Shown here: positions 49,553-61,561 of the stretch, piece after piece | Position numbering within the stretch: the first letter of the stretch is position 1 | Layout: every line of letters starts with the position of its first letter | Assembly (NCBI RefSeq): GCF_018350175.1 | Contig: NC_058368.1 | Coordinates: 124,622,001-124,686,000, forward strand | Source of the DNA: Felis catus | Taxonomy: Eukaryota | Direction: 5' to 3' | DNA: 64,000 nucleotides | Position numbers and translations under genes: made by a program | The notes under the pieces: generated by a model | What the model saw: the letters and a program-made list of their open reading frames with translations, nothing else | Database searches by the model: none | Told to the model about the DNA's origin: nothing

Positions 49553-51656
49553 AGTTAAGTGGAACTTATACTTCAACTAGGACTTTGTTTATCCCTGAAT
49601 ACAGAATTAAAAGATCAAACCAAGGAAAAAACCACACACGCACACATAGAGCAAAAGCAATAGCTATTTGGTGATCTCAGATCCATCAGTAGTAAAATGG
49701 ACAATTCACACATAGGAAAGCCACTCATTCCTTCAATATGGGGGTTTTTTGGTTTTGGTTTTTGGTTTTTTGTTTGTTGGTTGGTTTTTGTTTTTGAGCA
49801 CCTACTATATGGCCGCCACTGGGCTAAGTCAGCACTAAGTATTCAACACTGATCAAAACAGATAGGGTCCTGCCTCATACAGCATTTAGTCCTTGGTCCA
49901 ACTCATCAACTAACAGTCAATTTAGAACAGAACGGCTTACTCAGTGGCCTTAGTAGTAGCTGACAGGCTCAGTGGCAGTGCCAATGGTAGTGCCAGCACC
50001 TCAGAGAAGAGTTTCCCTGGCTTTAGTCCCTAGAATTCAAGCAGAATGTCCTTCGAGCCTCCTGGAATTTTGGAAAGGTGACAACTAGAGCTCATTGCAT
50101 GGCTTCCCACTAAAAATAACTTTATAAACAATTTCTAAATACTGTCTTTATAGGAAAAAACCTAAGAAAAGTCTGCAGGCTTAATGTAACCAGAGAGATT
50201 ACAACATGAGATGAGAAATGTGGGAATATTGTGTGAACAGAAAAAAAAAAAAAAGGGCACCAGGGAATTCCACTCCAGCTGATGAGGCATGATTGCTCTA
50301 CAATGACAAGAAACTGAGCAACTCTCACTAATATTTTCCAGACCAAGAAAGGGGCTGATGCAAGACAATGAAGAGGGGTATTTCCAACAAACATATCCTA
50401 GGATATCCACAGCAAAAGGACCAGTGATAGTTAAAACAAAATAAAACAAAACGAAACAAAAAACCAGTTTCCATGTGTTACTAAGAGTTGAGCTGTGACT
50501 TGGGCATGTGTAAGTATGCCTGGGGACACTTCAGCCACTGTTCTCCTCTGGCTCAGGGAGAATGTACATGGAAGTTGACTCTTAAACACATCCGTCTTCC
50601 TTTTTCCAAAGTCAATTTGATCTCCCCCTTGAAATGTATATGCTAATATGACTCTGGGGAATTGTGCAAACCTACCAACACACCACAAGGTCAGCTGTTT
50701 AGACACTGTTGGGTTTTCTTAATGCTGAGAAAATAGCATGGGAGCCCTGCAGGAACTGTGCCATCACTGTGTTGTTGTTTTTTTTTTTTTAATCCAAGCT
50801 CCGTTCTCACACTAGCTGGAGCTCTTGCATCTACTGTACAATGAAAACATACTGTGGGAACAACTGAAATTGCATCTCGGGGGAGGAGAAGGGGTGCATT
50901 ATCTCCTGTTATCCAACTCCATGCTATCCAACCAATCTTACCCATCCTTGCATCAAATCCACATAGCTAATGAAATATGACTGGCCCTGAGGGCTCCAGT
51001 CTATTTATTATAAACAGTGAGTGGGAGTCAGCAGTAAACAGGACATCCCACCACTAAAAGCTGATTGGGGATGTGCAGAGAGCTTGCAGTGAAACCTAAG
51101 TCCAGAGAGAGAAGCTAGTGTGCAATGAACTGAAAGAATGGCCCCGGGTTCTTTCCTATAAATGAGCAACAAGCAGACTCCCAGGAGCTTTGTGGTACCA
51201 ATGAGGAGCAGACAGGATTAAGAAAAGAATTCTACAGTGCATGGCTCAGGAAGTTCTGATTCAAAGAAAAGTCTGAACAAGAGAAAAGTCACACTTCCAA
51301 ACAGAAAATGTTTGGACTTCTAAATCCATAACTTGTAATCTCTCCTTGCATTGATTTTAGCTTGAATACAATGGGACCTGGCAATCTTCCCACTTGAGTC
51401 TTGTGCCTTGACAAACCATAATGCAAAAACTAATGCTTCATCTTTAGCCTATGTGGAGCACACCCAAGGCTACTTTGTAAAGTAGCAATTGAACACTGGT
51501 TGGGAAGTTCCAGGGCCTGCAAATGATAATTTCTCCCTCTTTGGCTGAGAGATGGTGTTCTAAAGGAGTGTCCTCTTGGTTTTCTCTTCCCATGGCCAAA
51601 ATCTCTTTACTCTGCACCCTGTTCTTTTCTTCAAGGGGTTGGGAGCTTGATGCTTC

Positions 51657-52210
51657 TATTCATTAATTCATTCCTCAAGTATTTGTTGAGCACCTACTCT
51701 GTGTTAGGCACCTTTCTATGTGCTGAGGATACACCACATCTAAGACATGCTCCCTTAAAGGAAATTATATTCTAATGAGAGAAAAGATGAAAGATAAAAA
51801 AGTAAGTAAATGCATCATTTAATATTAGGCAGTGATAAGCAGCATGCAGGGGGAAAAAGCAAGCCAAAGAGACATAGAGTTATTGTAGATAGAGTGGTCA
51901 GGAGATGGCATTTGAGTAGAAACCTAAGGATGTAAGCAAGCCATGTGGACTCCTGGAAGAAACATGGTCGAGGAATAGCATGGTAACAGGAATAGAAAGT
52001 ACAAAGGTGGAAACATGCTTGGCATGCAGGAGCTACAGCAAGCAGACAAGTATGGCTAGAATACAAGAAGCAAGGGGGAAATAACAAAAGATGGTATCAG
52101 TATCACAGAGGAAGGCAAGTGCGTAATCACATGAAGACTCAGGTAAAGACTTTGCATTTCATTCTAGGGGAAAGGGAAGTCATCTGAGCATAGCTGCGAT
52201 ATGATCTTTA
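51657..52210 (-). mobile_element. L2a-like 3' end
   Basis: TTCATTAATTCATTCCTCAAGTATTTGTTGAGCACCTACTCTGTGTTAGGCAC...GTGGTCAGGAGATGGCATTTGAG. Confidence 0.9.
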
Positions 52211-54224
52211 TTGCTAAACTTTGTGACTCTCAGTGGCCCCACTCAATCACAGAGTAAGACTGAGGACCAAAGTTCTAGCTGGAGAATATACATCCAGTGA
52301 GGAAAAGAAAAAGACATAATGCCACAGCCGTTCCAATGATCAAAACTCAGATATGACAGCAAGACCATGAGGATTCCTTGATACAATCTCCTATCCTCTG
52401 CCCTTCTCTTTAGAATGACCCAGTTGCTACTGTTGGGATCTGGAGAAATTCTGGGTTCATCAAATCAGTACCCTGACTAGCCACAGGTCCCTCTCTTGCA
52501 TGCACATGTGGCCTGTGCCCAAATTCCCACTTCCATCAACTGCTATTTCCACATGCACCCCAATCTCCTGTCATAGTGTATTATGTGTCCTCCTCAACTA
52601 TGTTAAGCCTCTATGTTTAGAATGTGCCCATTATTCTGCCACAAGTGACATTCTCTACCTCATATGCCTGAGGAAACACCCACTCACCCTTTAAGAGTCA
52701 ACTTAGATAGTATTTCTTCTGTGAAGGATACATTGTGTTTCTGTTAACATGGATTACACTGTATTTGAATATAAACAGGTGGCCATGGATAAGAATTAAG
52801 TATCCAGATTTGATGGGGGAAAACACACCAACTTCAAAAGATGACATTCTTACTTGCTTGGGTGGCAGAGGTACCACACCACTGTGGTAGAAGAGAGAGG
52901 CCACCCTGAAGGGAAGATGTGCTCCTACTGTCCTTTATCACAGAGGAAGTCACATCTGGGGTAGGAAGAGACAAATCAGAGGGGAAAGCGTTTCTTAAGG
53001 ACTGGGGAAATTGGGCTAGTCCACTCTAGTGTGGAACATGGTCCAAGGTGCATCTGAGTTTGTATGCAAGTTCTGTCCTCCTAGAGTGAATTGGTGAAAA
53101 GAACAAAGTTTCTGCTCCCCTAGGTGAGGATTGTGGGGAGGACTATTACTCTATCAATGAGCAAAACAGAGAAAGCAGAACTGGATGCCTGTTTGTTCCA
53201 GCTGTTTTTCCCCCCCAACAGCAGTAATAAAGCACATAAAGTGGCCTTTTTCTTGGGTGTGTAACTTCTAATCCAACATTCACAATTTTTTTTTTTCGTA
53301 TGTAGGGAAACTAAGCACTAGATTCATTAGAAAGACTTGAGAGTATCCAGTATGTTCTAACCCTTTTGATAGAATAAATACCTTGGAAATTCGTGGGCAT
53401 CTATGGAGGAGGAAAACTGGGGAAGACTGGAGTTCCCACTGTGCGGGACAAATAGAGGTTTAGGATTGTTTAACTTTAGGCCACTGATGTGGATAACATC
53501 AATAGCACCCAAAACCTGCAAGACTAGGCTCACAGGTTATGTTATTTTTAGCTTCTCTGCCTCATTCTTTTGGAACAGAGAAGACATATTATCCATCTAT
53601 TTTCTCCTGCAACTATCAAGGTGCCTGGGACTTAGTGGATGCTCAATAGATGTACACTGAACATACAGATGAGTGGGTAAATATGGAAGCAGAAAGGAGA
53701 TGAAGGAGGGGAGGGGAAAGAGGGAAAAAGACAGGCAAAATTGGCTATATGGGAAAGCATGTGTTCAGACCAGAGTTGTGTGCTTTCTACACTTTCTTGA
53801 GTCTATAAAGGCAAGTGCTTCACCTGTGAAACCATATACAACTTTGATCTTGACAAGAGGTCTTCCTATATCATTTATACAAGAAATGCTGTTCCACTCC
53901 TATAGAAACAACTCAATTCACCAGTAGACAGTCATCCACTAAAGAATATGTATTTCCATTGAATCAGTTATGTTAAATAAAGTAGCTGTGACCTGCATTA
54001 TGGACAGGGGCAACCCAGGAAGAAGACACCAATCACAGCCTAACAAATGGTAATCCGCTGCTTCTCATGATTAAATTGAGGTTAAAACCCAAGAAGTTTC
54101 TTGTGTAAGACCAAAGTTGCTGAAATTCCAGAAAGGCAACCAAATTTTGAACTTCCCACTGACTCTGATTCAGCAGTTAAAAAGATCACAATTGCTATTT
54201 TAATAACTGGGGAAAACATTGGGG

Positions 54225-54430
54225 TTGTTTAAAAGACATGAGTTTGAGTCCTGACTCTGCCTTCATTCATCTGTGTGACACTGGCCGAATCCTTTAACCA
54301 TTCTGAAATTTGGTATCCTCACAGGTAAAGGGAAGATAATAATAGTTAACTTGTAGTGTTGCTGTAAAGACTAAACAAAATGATGCATATGAAATAACTT
54401 TGTAAAGTACTGAACTCAATATGAATATGT
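54225..54430 (+). mobile_element. MIR SINE
   Basis: GTTTGAGTCCTGACTCTGCC...CTGTGTGAC...GATAATAATAG...GTTGCTGTAAAGACTAAA. Confidence 0.8.
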
Positions 54431-54829
54431 CATTTTGGAATATATTTCTGTTATTACAATTACAATTGGGATGAACCAGTATATATACAACCTATTTACT
54501 TTATTGTTATAACTAAATAATATAGCTAAGGAATGACAACAAATTTTAGGCAGGTATGTATATTCTAATCAACATATATGAAAATTCTTGAGATATTTTC
54601 TTTAATGTCATTAATCACAGTTTGGGGAAATAAAGGAGCCCCCGGGAGAGGGGGGGATAAAATAAATAAAATAAATAAAGGAACCCTGGGAGTAACAGGA
54701 AGCCTCTAAGAGTAAAGAGTATTTTTGTAATTCACTGTCTTTCATATTCTGCTTTCCAAATCCACCTCAAAATATTTGTTCCTTATGGCCATTCACACAC
54801 TGTAAAATTTTATCTGGCCAGAAAATTAA

Positions 54830-55790
54830 GGTCCTTCTAGGCATAACAAGGTCAGAAACTATAAACACAAAGATTGATAGAATTGATGACATAAAAATTC
54901 TAAATGTCAAAAGAGCAAGAAACCAAACAAATAAATTAAAGCACAGTTGACAGAAAGTCTACAGAGTGGGGTAAAACATAGCATACAGAAAATAGAAAGT
55001 GTTAAATTCGTGTATTTATAAATTTTTAGTACAAAAATTACAAGCAATACAATGGGAAAAAAATGGCCAAATGGCATAGAAAGATAATTCATAAGGGAAG
55101 AAACACAAATGACCAATAAGAAGAATACCTGATCTCCCGAGGAATTAAAGGAGTATAAAGTAAAACAACAAGATACTATTTTTCACTTATCAGATGGGCA
55201 AAGGTTTAAAAGAATGGTAATATCCATTGTTGGCAAGGGTGTAGGATGTGGGCACTCTCATCAACTGTCGGTGGGAATTAATTTCAGTACAACTTTATTG
55301 AAGGGCAATTTGGCAAGGCCTATAAAAATCTAAAATATGTAAACCCTTTGACCTAACTCTTCCATATCTAAATATTTATTCTAAAGAAATCATAAGACAA
55401 ATGCACAAGATGTCTGTACAAAGTTATCTTTCAGACAATTGTTTATGACATAAAACTGGAAGCAACTTAAATATCTAGGCAATTATTTTGAATAAATGAT
55501 GAAACATACATATAGTGGAATATTACAAACAATAATGTCAATCTAGTTATTGATGTGAAAAAGATATCTGTAATCAAGAGACAAAACAGTAAAAAATATC
55601 AATCTGGTTATTGTCTTTCGGTGCAATTAGGGAACTATCAATCTGGTTATTGTCACTGAGTGAAATCAGGGTTCATACTTACCTTCTATAATTTTCTCAA
55701 TTGTTTCATTCATGTTTTTATTATATCAAGCATGTAATTACAACTACTGTTATATTAAAAGAGATAAAAGCTATTTCCAAAGTGTTTTTT
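54830..55790 (+). mobile_element. Ancient L1 (L1ME-like) ORF2 end and 3' UTR
   Basis: TAAAACAACAAGATACTATTTTTCACTTATCAGATGGGCAAAG...TGTTGGCAAGGGTGTAGG...GGGCAATTTGGCA...CCCTTTGACC. Confidence 0.88.
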
Positions 55791-56189
55791 TTTACAAAGC
55801 AATAAACCTATTTTCACAATAATTGTTTTACATCACAATATTTTAAGTATGACTTCCTTTCCTCTTGGAGGTCCCAACTGAGACATATTTGAGACCATTC
55901 CAACACAATAGTCTCTCCAGGAGAGCATGATTTGTTTTCATCCTCACAGTTTGATACGCTGACATAAAAGCTAAAATAATGAATCAGGCTCTTTCTCCCC
56001 AATCCCCACAAGTAATTGTTTCCTCCTTTCCAACTTTTCTACTGCTAGGACAAATCAAGGAACCCAACTGCATGGAATAGCCTATTCACACAAGGCTGTT
56101 GGTCCCTTCTCTGGCTTTTGCTTGCCTATCTCTGAAGTGACCAAGGGCCCAGGCCTGGATTACTTTATTCAAGAATAGCAGTGTAGTTC

Positions 56190-56340
56190 TTTTTTTAAAT
56201 TAATTAATTAATTTTTTAATATGAAATTTATTGCCAAATTGGTTTCCATACGACACCCAGTGCTCATCCCAACAGGTGCCCTCCTCAATACCCATCACCC
56301 ACTTTCCCCTCCCTCCTACCCTTCATCAACCCTCAGTTTA
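56190..56340 (-). mobile_element. Severely 5'-truncated felid L1 (last about 150 bp of the 3' UTR)
   Basis: Reverse complement matches 290-415 of this window (AAACTGAGGGTT...GGGCACCTGTTGGGATG...ATGGAAACCAATTTG...AAATTTCATATT). Confidence 0.93.
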
Positions 56341-56399
56341 TAGTTGTATTAAAAGATCAGCTAGTTCAGTGAAAAAAAAATGTATTCAGGACTAGAGAT

Positions 56400-56660
56400 T
56401 AGTTGATATAGCACAGCAAATGGGGTATACTGTGGTTCTAGAACAAGGTTTCACAGATTTAAATTTTCATTTTACTTACTATCTCTGTAACTTTGACAAA
56501 TTATGCTAAATCTCAGAATCCCCACCTGTACAATGAGTTTATGAATATCTTCTTCATAGGATGGTCATGAAGATGAAAAGAGAAATCACATGCATAACAC
56601 TCAGCACAGTACCTGACAAGTAGTTAACACTCATGGATGCTGGTCATTAATATCATCATT
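56400..56660 (+). mobile_element. MIR SINE
   Basis: CTTACTATCTCTGTAACTTTGACAAATTA...CTTCATAGGATGGTCATGAAGATGAAA...CTCAGCACAGTACCTGACA. Confidence 0.8.
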
Positions 56661-57205
56661 TGTCCTAATTCTCTGTTGTTGTGTACTTAATCCAGTTTCT
56701 GTGGGTGAGGCATCTGAAGGAGACTTGGCTGGGTGTCAGGCTCTGGATCTTGCCTAAGGCTGCAGTCAAGTGTCAGCTGGAACTGCAGGCATCTTACTGA
56801 TAAACGGGGGTTAGGATTCACTTCCAAACTCACTCAAGGTACTGAATTGGCAAGATTTAGCTCCTTGTGGGCTGCTGGACTGAGGTCCTATTTCTCTGTG
56901 AGGTGGCCCTCAATTCTTTGCCACATAAGCCTCTCAGTAGGCCACCTAAGAACAGGATGCTTCATCAGAGAGAATCAGTGAAAGGGAAAGAGGGAGTGCC
57001 GGTATGAAGGAAAGTACAAGCAAGATGGAATTCACAGCCTTTGATAACCCAATATTGGATGTGACAGTCCATCACTTTTGTCATTTTCTATTCCTTATAA
57101 GTAAGTCACTAGTCCCAGCCTACAAACAAGGGGAAGGAGTTATACAAGGTAGTGAAAACAAGGAGGTGGGGATCATTGGGAATCATTTTAGAAATAGCCT
57201 ACCAC
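56661..57205 (-). mobile_element. MLT1F-like (MaLR) solo LTR
   Basis: AGGCTGCAGTCAAGTGTCAGCTGG...CACTTCCAAACTCACTCA...CATCACTTTTGTCATTTTCTATT...GGGATCATTGGG...GCCTACCACA. Confidence 0.9.
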
Positions 57206-57926
57206 ATCATTTTTCAAGTTTTTCCAAGAAAATACTAACTTCTGAGAAGTATATTGCATATTAGTAGACTTCTACAAACCCAGACATATTTCAAAGTATC
57301 CAATTAGAGTTAATGAATCATTCTGTCTGAGCTTTTATCTATGTTAACATAGGAATAGGGTAGTTCACAGACAGCTCCTATGATAAGGGAAAGAGTAGGT
57401 ATATCCATTACAAAAACAAAACAGCTTTTTTCTGTTTGTTTTCCAAATATAACCCAGCTCTCTTCCCTCTAAGATACTCCTTGACAACTTTTAAAGAGAT
57501 TAGACACCACCTCAGCTCTTGAGGTCACTTTCCTCTTACAGCCAAGAAAGGTGCTCCCACACTCAGAGTCCATCTAAGTCACAGCCCACCTCTTATGCCT
57601 TCTGGTACCTAATGGTCCTGGAGCTGAAGTTTTATCTTCACAATTCACCCCAGGTTGGGAGTACCCATTTTCTTCAGTCCTGAATGCACCAAAGAGACTT
57701 TGTTACTTGACTTAAAAGAGCACTGCAGTTCTTCTTGGGTCTTTCAATTCTCTTTCCAGATCATACTGTATATTACAAAATTGAAAACAAAGCAATCCTT
57801 TCCTTAAATGGAATTCTATTCTCTGAGAAACACAGCTAGCTTTTGAAATTGTGTGATGCTCTTTCTCATCATACAAATTATATTTTTATATTAGTTTTCT
57901 TCCTTTTACAATGACCTAAAAAAATT

Positions 57927-57946
57927 TATATATATATATATATATA
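57927..57946. repeat. (TA)10 microsatellite
   Basis: Read directly from the sequence. Confidence 0.9.
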
Positions 57947-58200
57947 ATATTTATGGGTTAGGAACAGTTAATTTCTCTTTCATTTGATTTATTAGATTCA
58001 ATGCAATGTCAATTAAATACTTAGTAAGCTCTTCTAAAAGAGATAATGACAAGATAATTCTAAATATATGGAGAAAAATACAAAAACTAGAATAATCAAG
58101 ATAATCTTTAAAGAAGAAAGAGAAAGTTGGAGAATTTGAACATCCAGATTTCAGGACTTACTATAAGTTAATAAGTAGTAATTAGGATGATGTAGTGTTC

Positions 58201-58395
58201 AGGCCCCTGGGTGGCTCAGTTGGTTAAGCACCCAACTTTGGCTCAGGTCATGGTTCATGGGTTAAAGCCCCACATGGGGCTCTGTGCTGACAGCTGAGAG
58301 CCTGGAGCATGCTTCAGATTCTGTGCCTGCCTCTCTTCTCTGTCCTTTCCCTGCCTGCACTCTGTCTCTCTCTCTATAAAAAATAATAAATATAC
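58201..58395 (+). mobile_element. Felid-type CAN-SINE (older)
   Basis: CCTGGGTGGCTCAGTTGGTTAAGC head; its TSD (ATTAGGATGATGTAGTGTT / ATTAAGATGATGTAGTATT) also encloses the next SINE. Confidence 0.95.
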
Positions 58396-58399
58396 ATTT

Positions 58400-58626
58400 T
58401 TTTCAACTTTTTTTTTATTTTTTTATTTTTTATTTATTTTTGGGACAGAGAGAGACAGAGCATGAACGGGGGAGGGGCAGAGAGAGAGAGACACACAGAA
58501 TCGGAAACAGGCTCCAGGCTCCGAGCCATCAGCCCAGAGCCTGACGCAGGGCTCGAACTCACGGACCGCGAGATCGTGACCTGGCTGAAGTCGGACGCTT
58601 AACCGACTGTGCCACCCAGACGCCCC
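58400..58626 (-). mobile_element. Young felid CAN-SINE inserted in the tail of the previous SINE
   Basis: Near-identical to 32985-33196 and lies inside the TSD pair of the 58201 element. Confidence 0.97.
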
Positions 58627-59778
58627 ATAAGAAAATTAAGATGATGTAGTATTGCCACTAACATAGACTAAAGAATATGTGTAAAAGAATAGAGACCAGA
58701 AACAGAACCACATATTTGTAGACACCTGATTTTCAACAAAGGCATCAATGAAGACCAGTAAGAAATAGGAGGATCTTACAAATGATGTTAAGAACAACTG
58801 GATATCAAATGGAAAACTATAAACCTTGACCTCTACCTCACACAATAACAAAAATTAATTTGAGATGGACATTAGCATGGAAGCTAAAAATGACGAATGA
58901 TAAAGCTTCTAAATAAAAAAACATGAAAATATCTCAACGACTTGAAACAGGCAAAAAGTTCTTAGATGCTAAAAGCATTAGTTATAAAATAAAAATTGAT
59001 AAATTGTATTTCATACAAATAAAATTTCTACTTATCAAAAGATACTGTTAAGTAACAAGATAAACCATAGTGTAAGAAAGTATGTGCAATATAATATCTA
59101 ACAAAGTACTCGTATCTGGAATATATAAACAATCAATAATAAAAAGACAGACAACACAAATTAAAAATGTGCAAAATACCTGAACAAGCACAGCATTTCA
59201 CAAAAAATAGCATCTAAATTGCCAATAAGCATAAAAAAAATTCTCAAAATCATTAGTCATGAGTGAAATACAAATTAAAATTACAATAATATACCACAAA
59301 ATACTCATCATAATGGTGAGAGTGGAAAAAAGACCTACAATACCAAATGTTGTCAAAAATGTAGAGTAACTGGAAATCTCATACATGGCTAGTGGAAATG
59401 AAAATGTTACAACTACTTTAGAAAAGTGGTAATTTCTAACCAAAATAAACATTAACTACCCCATGAAAATTCTACTATTAGGTTTACACAGATAAGAAAT
59501 GACTACATATGCTCACAAATGGCAGAAAAAATGCTCATGGAGGTAAAAAGCTATAAATAATACAAATGTTTTTCAAGAGAAGAATGGACAAATAAATTGT
59601 ACTATTACAATGGGATGGCCTTCCATATGTGGAATACTATATGTAGCAGTGAAAAGAAACTCAATGGACTGCAACAACATGGATATGTTTTCAAAAAAAT
59701 TATGTTGAGTGAAAGAAGACAGCCACTAAAGAGTACAACTTTAGAATTTTATATGACTTTCAAGAATAGGCAAAAGTT

Positions 59779-59933
59779 GGAGTACCTGGATGGCTCAGTT
59801 GGCTAAATGTCTAACTCTTGATTTCGGCTCAGGTCATGGTCCATGAGATGGAGCCCCATGTCAGGCTTTGTGCTGACAGTATGAATCCTGCTTGGGATTC
59901 TCTCTTCCTCTCTCTCTGTCCCTCCCCTGCTCA

Positions 59934-59987
<54 letters not shown>

Positions 59988-60007
59988 ATAAATAAACATT
60001 AAAAAAA
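59779..60007 (+). mobile_element. Older-subtype CAN-SINE with an expanded (TC)24 tract (59937-59984)
   Basis: TSD core AAGAATAGGCAAAA (59762-59775 and 60008-60021). Confidence 0.95.
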
Positions 60008-60264
60008 AAGAATAGGCAAAACTAGTTCATGGAGATAGAATAACTGATACCATGGGAGGGGATGTGGGATACTAAAGAGTGGAAATGGGCATGAGGTAAC
60101 TTTCTGGAGTGATGGAAATGTTTTAGATCTTGATCTAGATGATAGCCACATTAGTATATAAATATGAAAAAAAATATTTGACCTATACACTTAAGATGCC
60201 TGAATTTTATAATGTGGAAATTATACCTCAATAAACACTGAAAAAATTAAAATATTTAAAATGC

Positions 60265-60484
60265 TTTTTTCTTTTTTTTTGTTTATTTATTTTTCAGAGA
60301 GAGAGACAGACAGAATACGAGCAGGGGAGGAGCAGAGAGAGAGAGGGAGACACAAAATCTGAAGCAGGCTCCAGGCTCTGTGCTGTCAGAACAGAGCCCA
60401 ACACGGGACTCAAACACACAAACCATGAGATCATGACCAGAGCTGAAGTCGGATGCTTAACCAACTGAGCCACCCAGGCACCCC
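60265..60484 (-). mobile_element. Felid-type CAN-SINE
   Basis: GAAGCAGGCTCCAGGCTCTG...GCTTAACCAACTGAGCCACCCAGGCACCCC with poly-T. Confidence 0.95.
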
Positions 60485-61396
60485 TGAAAATGTGTTTTTC
60501 TAATTAGGCACCACCTTCTACTGCACTTCCATAGAACACCCAGAAAATTTTTAATATTCTACCATGTCCTGTTTGGAGAAGTATATCCTCCCATCTTTCC
60601 CTGCTTGGAATTACTAAGTAATTCCTTTAGTGAACTCCTATTTATGCAGTATTCACTGTATCTTCTTAAAGAGCAGAACTGGATTTGTGGAGCCACAGAT
60701 GAGGGAACAACTACTTTATCCTAGAGTACATTTTCCCCAGTGATTGGCTCAGGGCAGGCAGCCTGGGATCCTGAGTGGAACAGGATGACAGCCAACTCCT
60801 AACCAAACACACAAATTTCTGGTTCAACTAGAAATTCAGGGGTAGGAGCCTCACATACAGACAGGTGACTGAGTACAGAGATGGGAGCTCCTTGCCTCCA
60901 TTTAATCCCTTGTCCTTTTTCTCAGGAGCCTGCTTGACAAAACATATGATGGTGGATTAAGAGACAGGGCTCATCTTGACAAATAAAAGGTTGCTAAACC
61001 ACCTTCAAAAGAGCTGAGATAATTCAACAGGAATTGTTTCTTCCCTGAGGAGTACCAAGGAACTGATGGAATCTAAGGTGGTTGTCTAGTTAAGGGTGGA
61101 GTCAGAGCTAGCATTGTAGATAAAGCGAAGGAGGTTAGTAAGACAGGCTTTCCAAACACATGGGAACATGGGGTGGGGAGGTGGCTTGATATGTTTCCAG
61201 AGTCCATGCCAGCTGAGGGTATCTGGTACCATATTCTTCAGGGAAATTCTCCTAAATATCTTCCAAGTTCCTATTTTTTGAGACAGAATTAGACCAGGCT
61301 CTGTTGCTAAAGGCACAATCAGCATTTCATAGGTGTTCAACATGGATTATACTCATTTTTTCTAAATGAGCCAACAACTAAGGTTTTTTTTTTCAG

Positions 61397-61440
61397 GAAT
61401 TACAAGCTTTAATGCAGAGGAGCAATGTTATGTACAAAAG
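61397..61440 (+). other. Candidate 44-bp internal exon, gene unknown
   Basis: Acceptor T10-CAG (61384-61396) and donor AAG|GTGAGT (61438-61446); two of three frames are open. No expression or homology evidence. Confidence 0.35.
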
Positions 61441-61561
61441 GTGAGTGAATCCTATTCTATTGTTCCTTGTTCACTGTCTCATTGTCCTCAACTTCTAAGG
61501 ATGTTGATACCTGCTCTTACCTTAAACATTTATAACCTTACACCAGAAATACCAATGACTT

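Larger units (their letters stand above)
57965..60246 (+). mobile_element. Ancient L1M (ORF2 3' part and 3' UTR) interrupted by three SINEs
   Basis: AGATTCAATGCAAT...AAAGTTGGAGA...CCAGATTTCAGGACTTACTATAA; TGATTTTCAACAAAGG; terminal ATTATACCTCAATAAA. Confidence 0.9.

Noticed and set aside
60905..60995. Acceptor CCTTTTTCTCAG suggesting an exon
   Set aside because: All three frames stop within about 65 bp and there is no strong donor.
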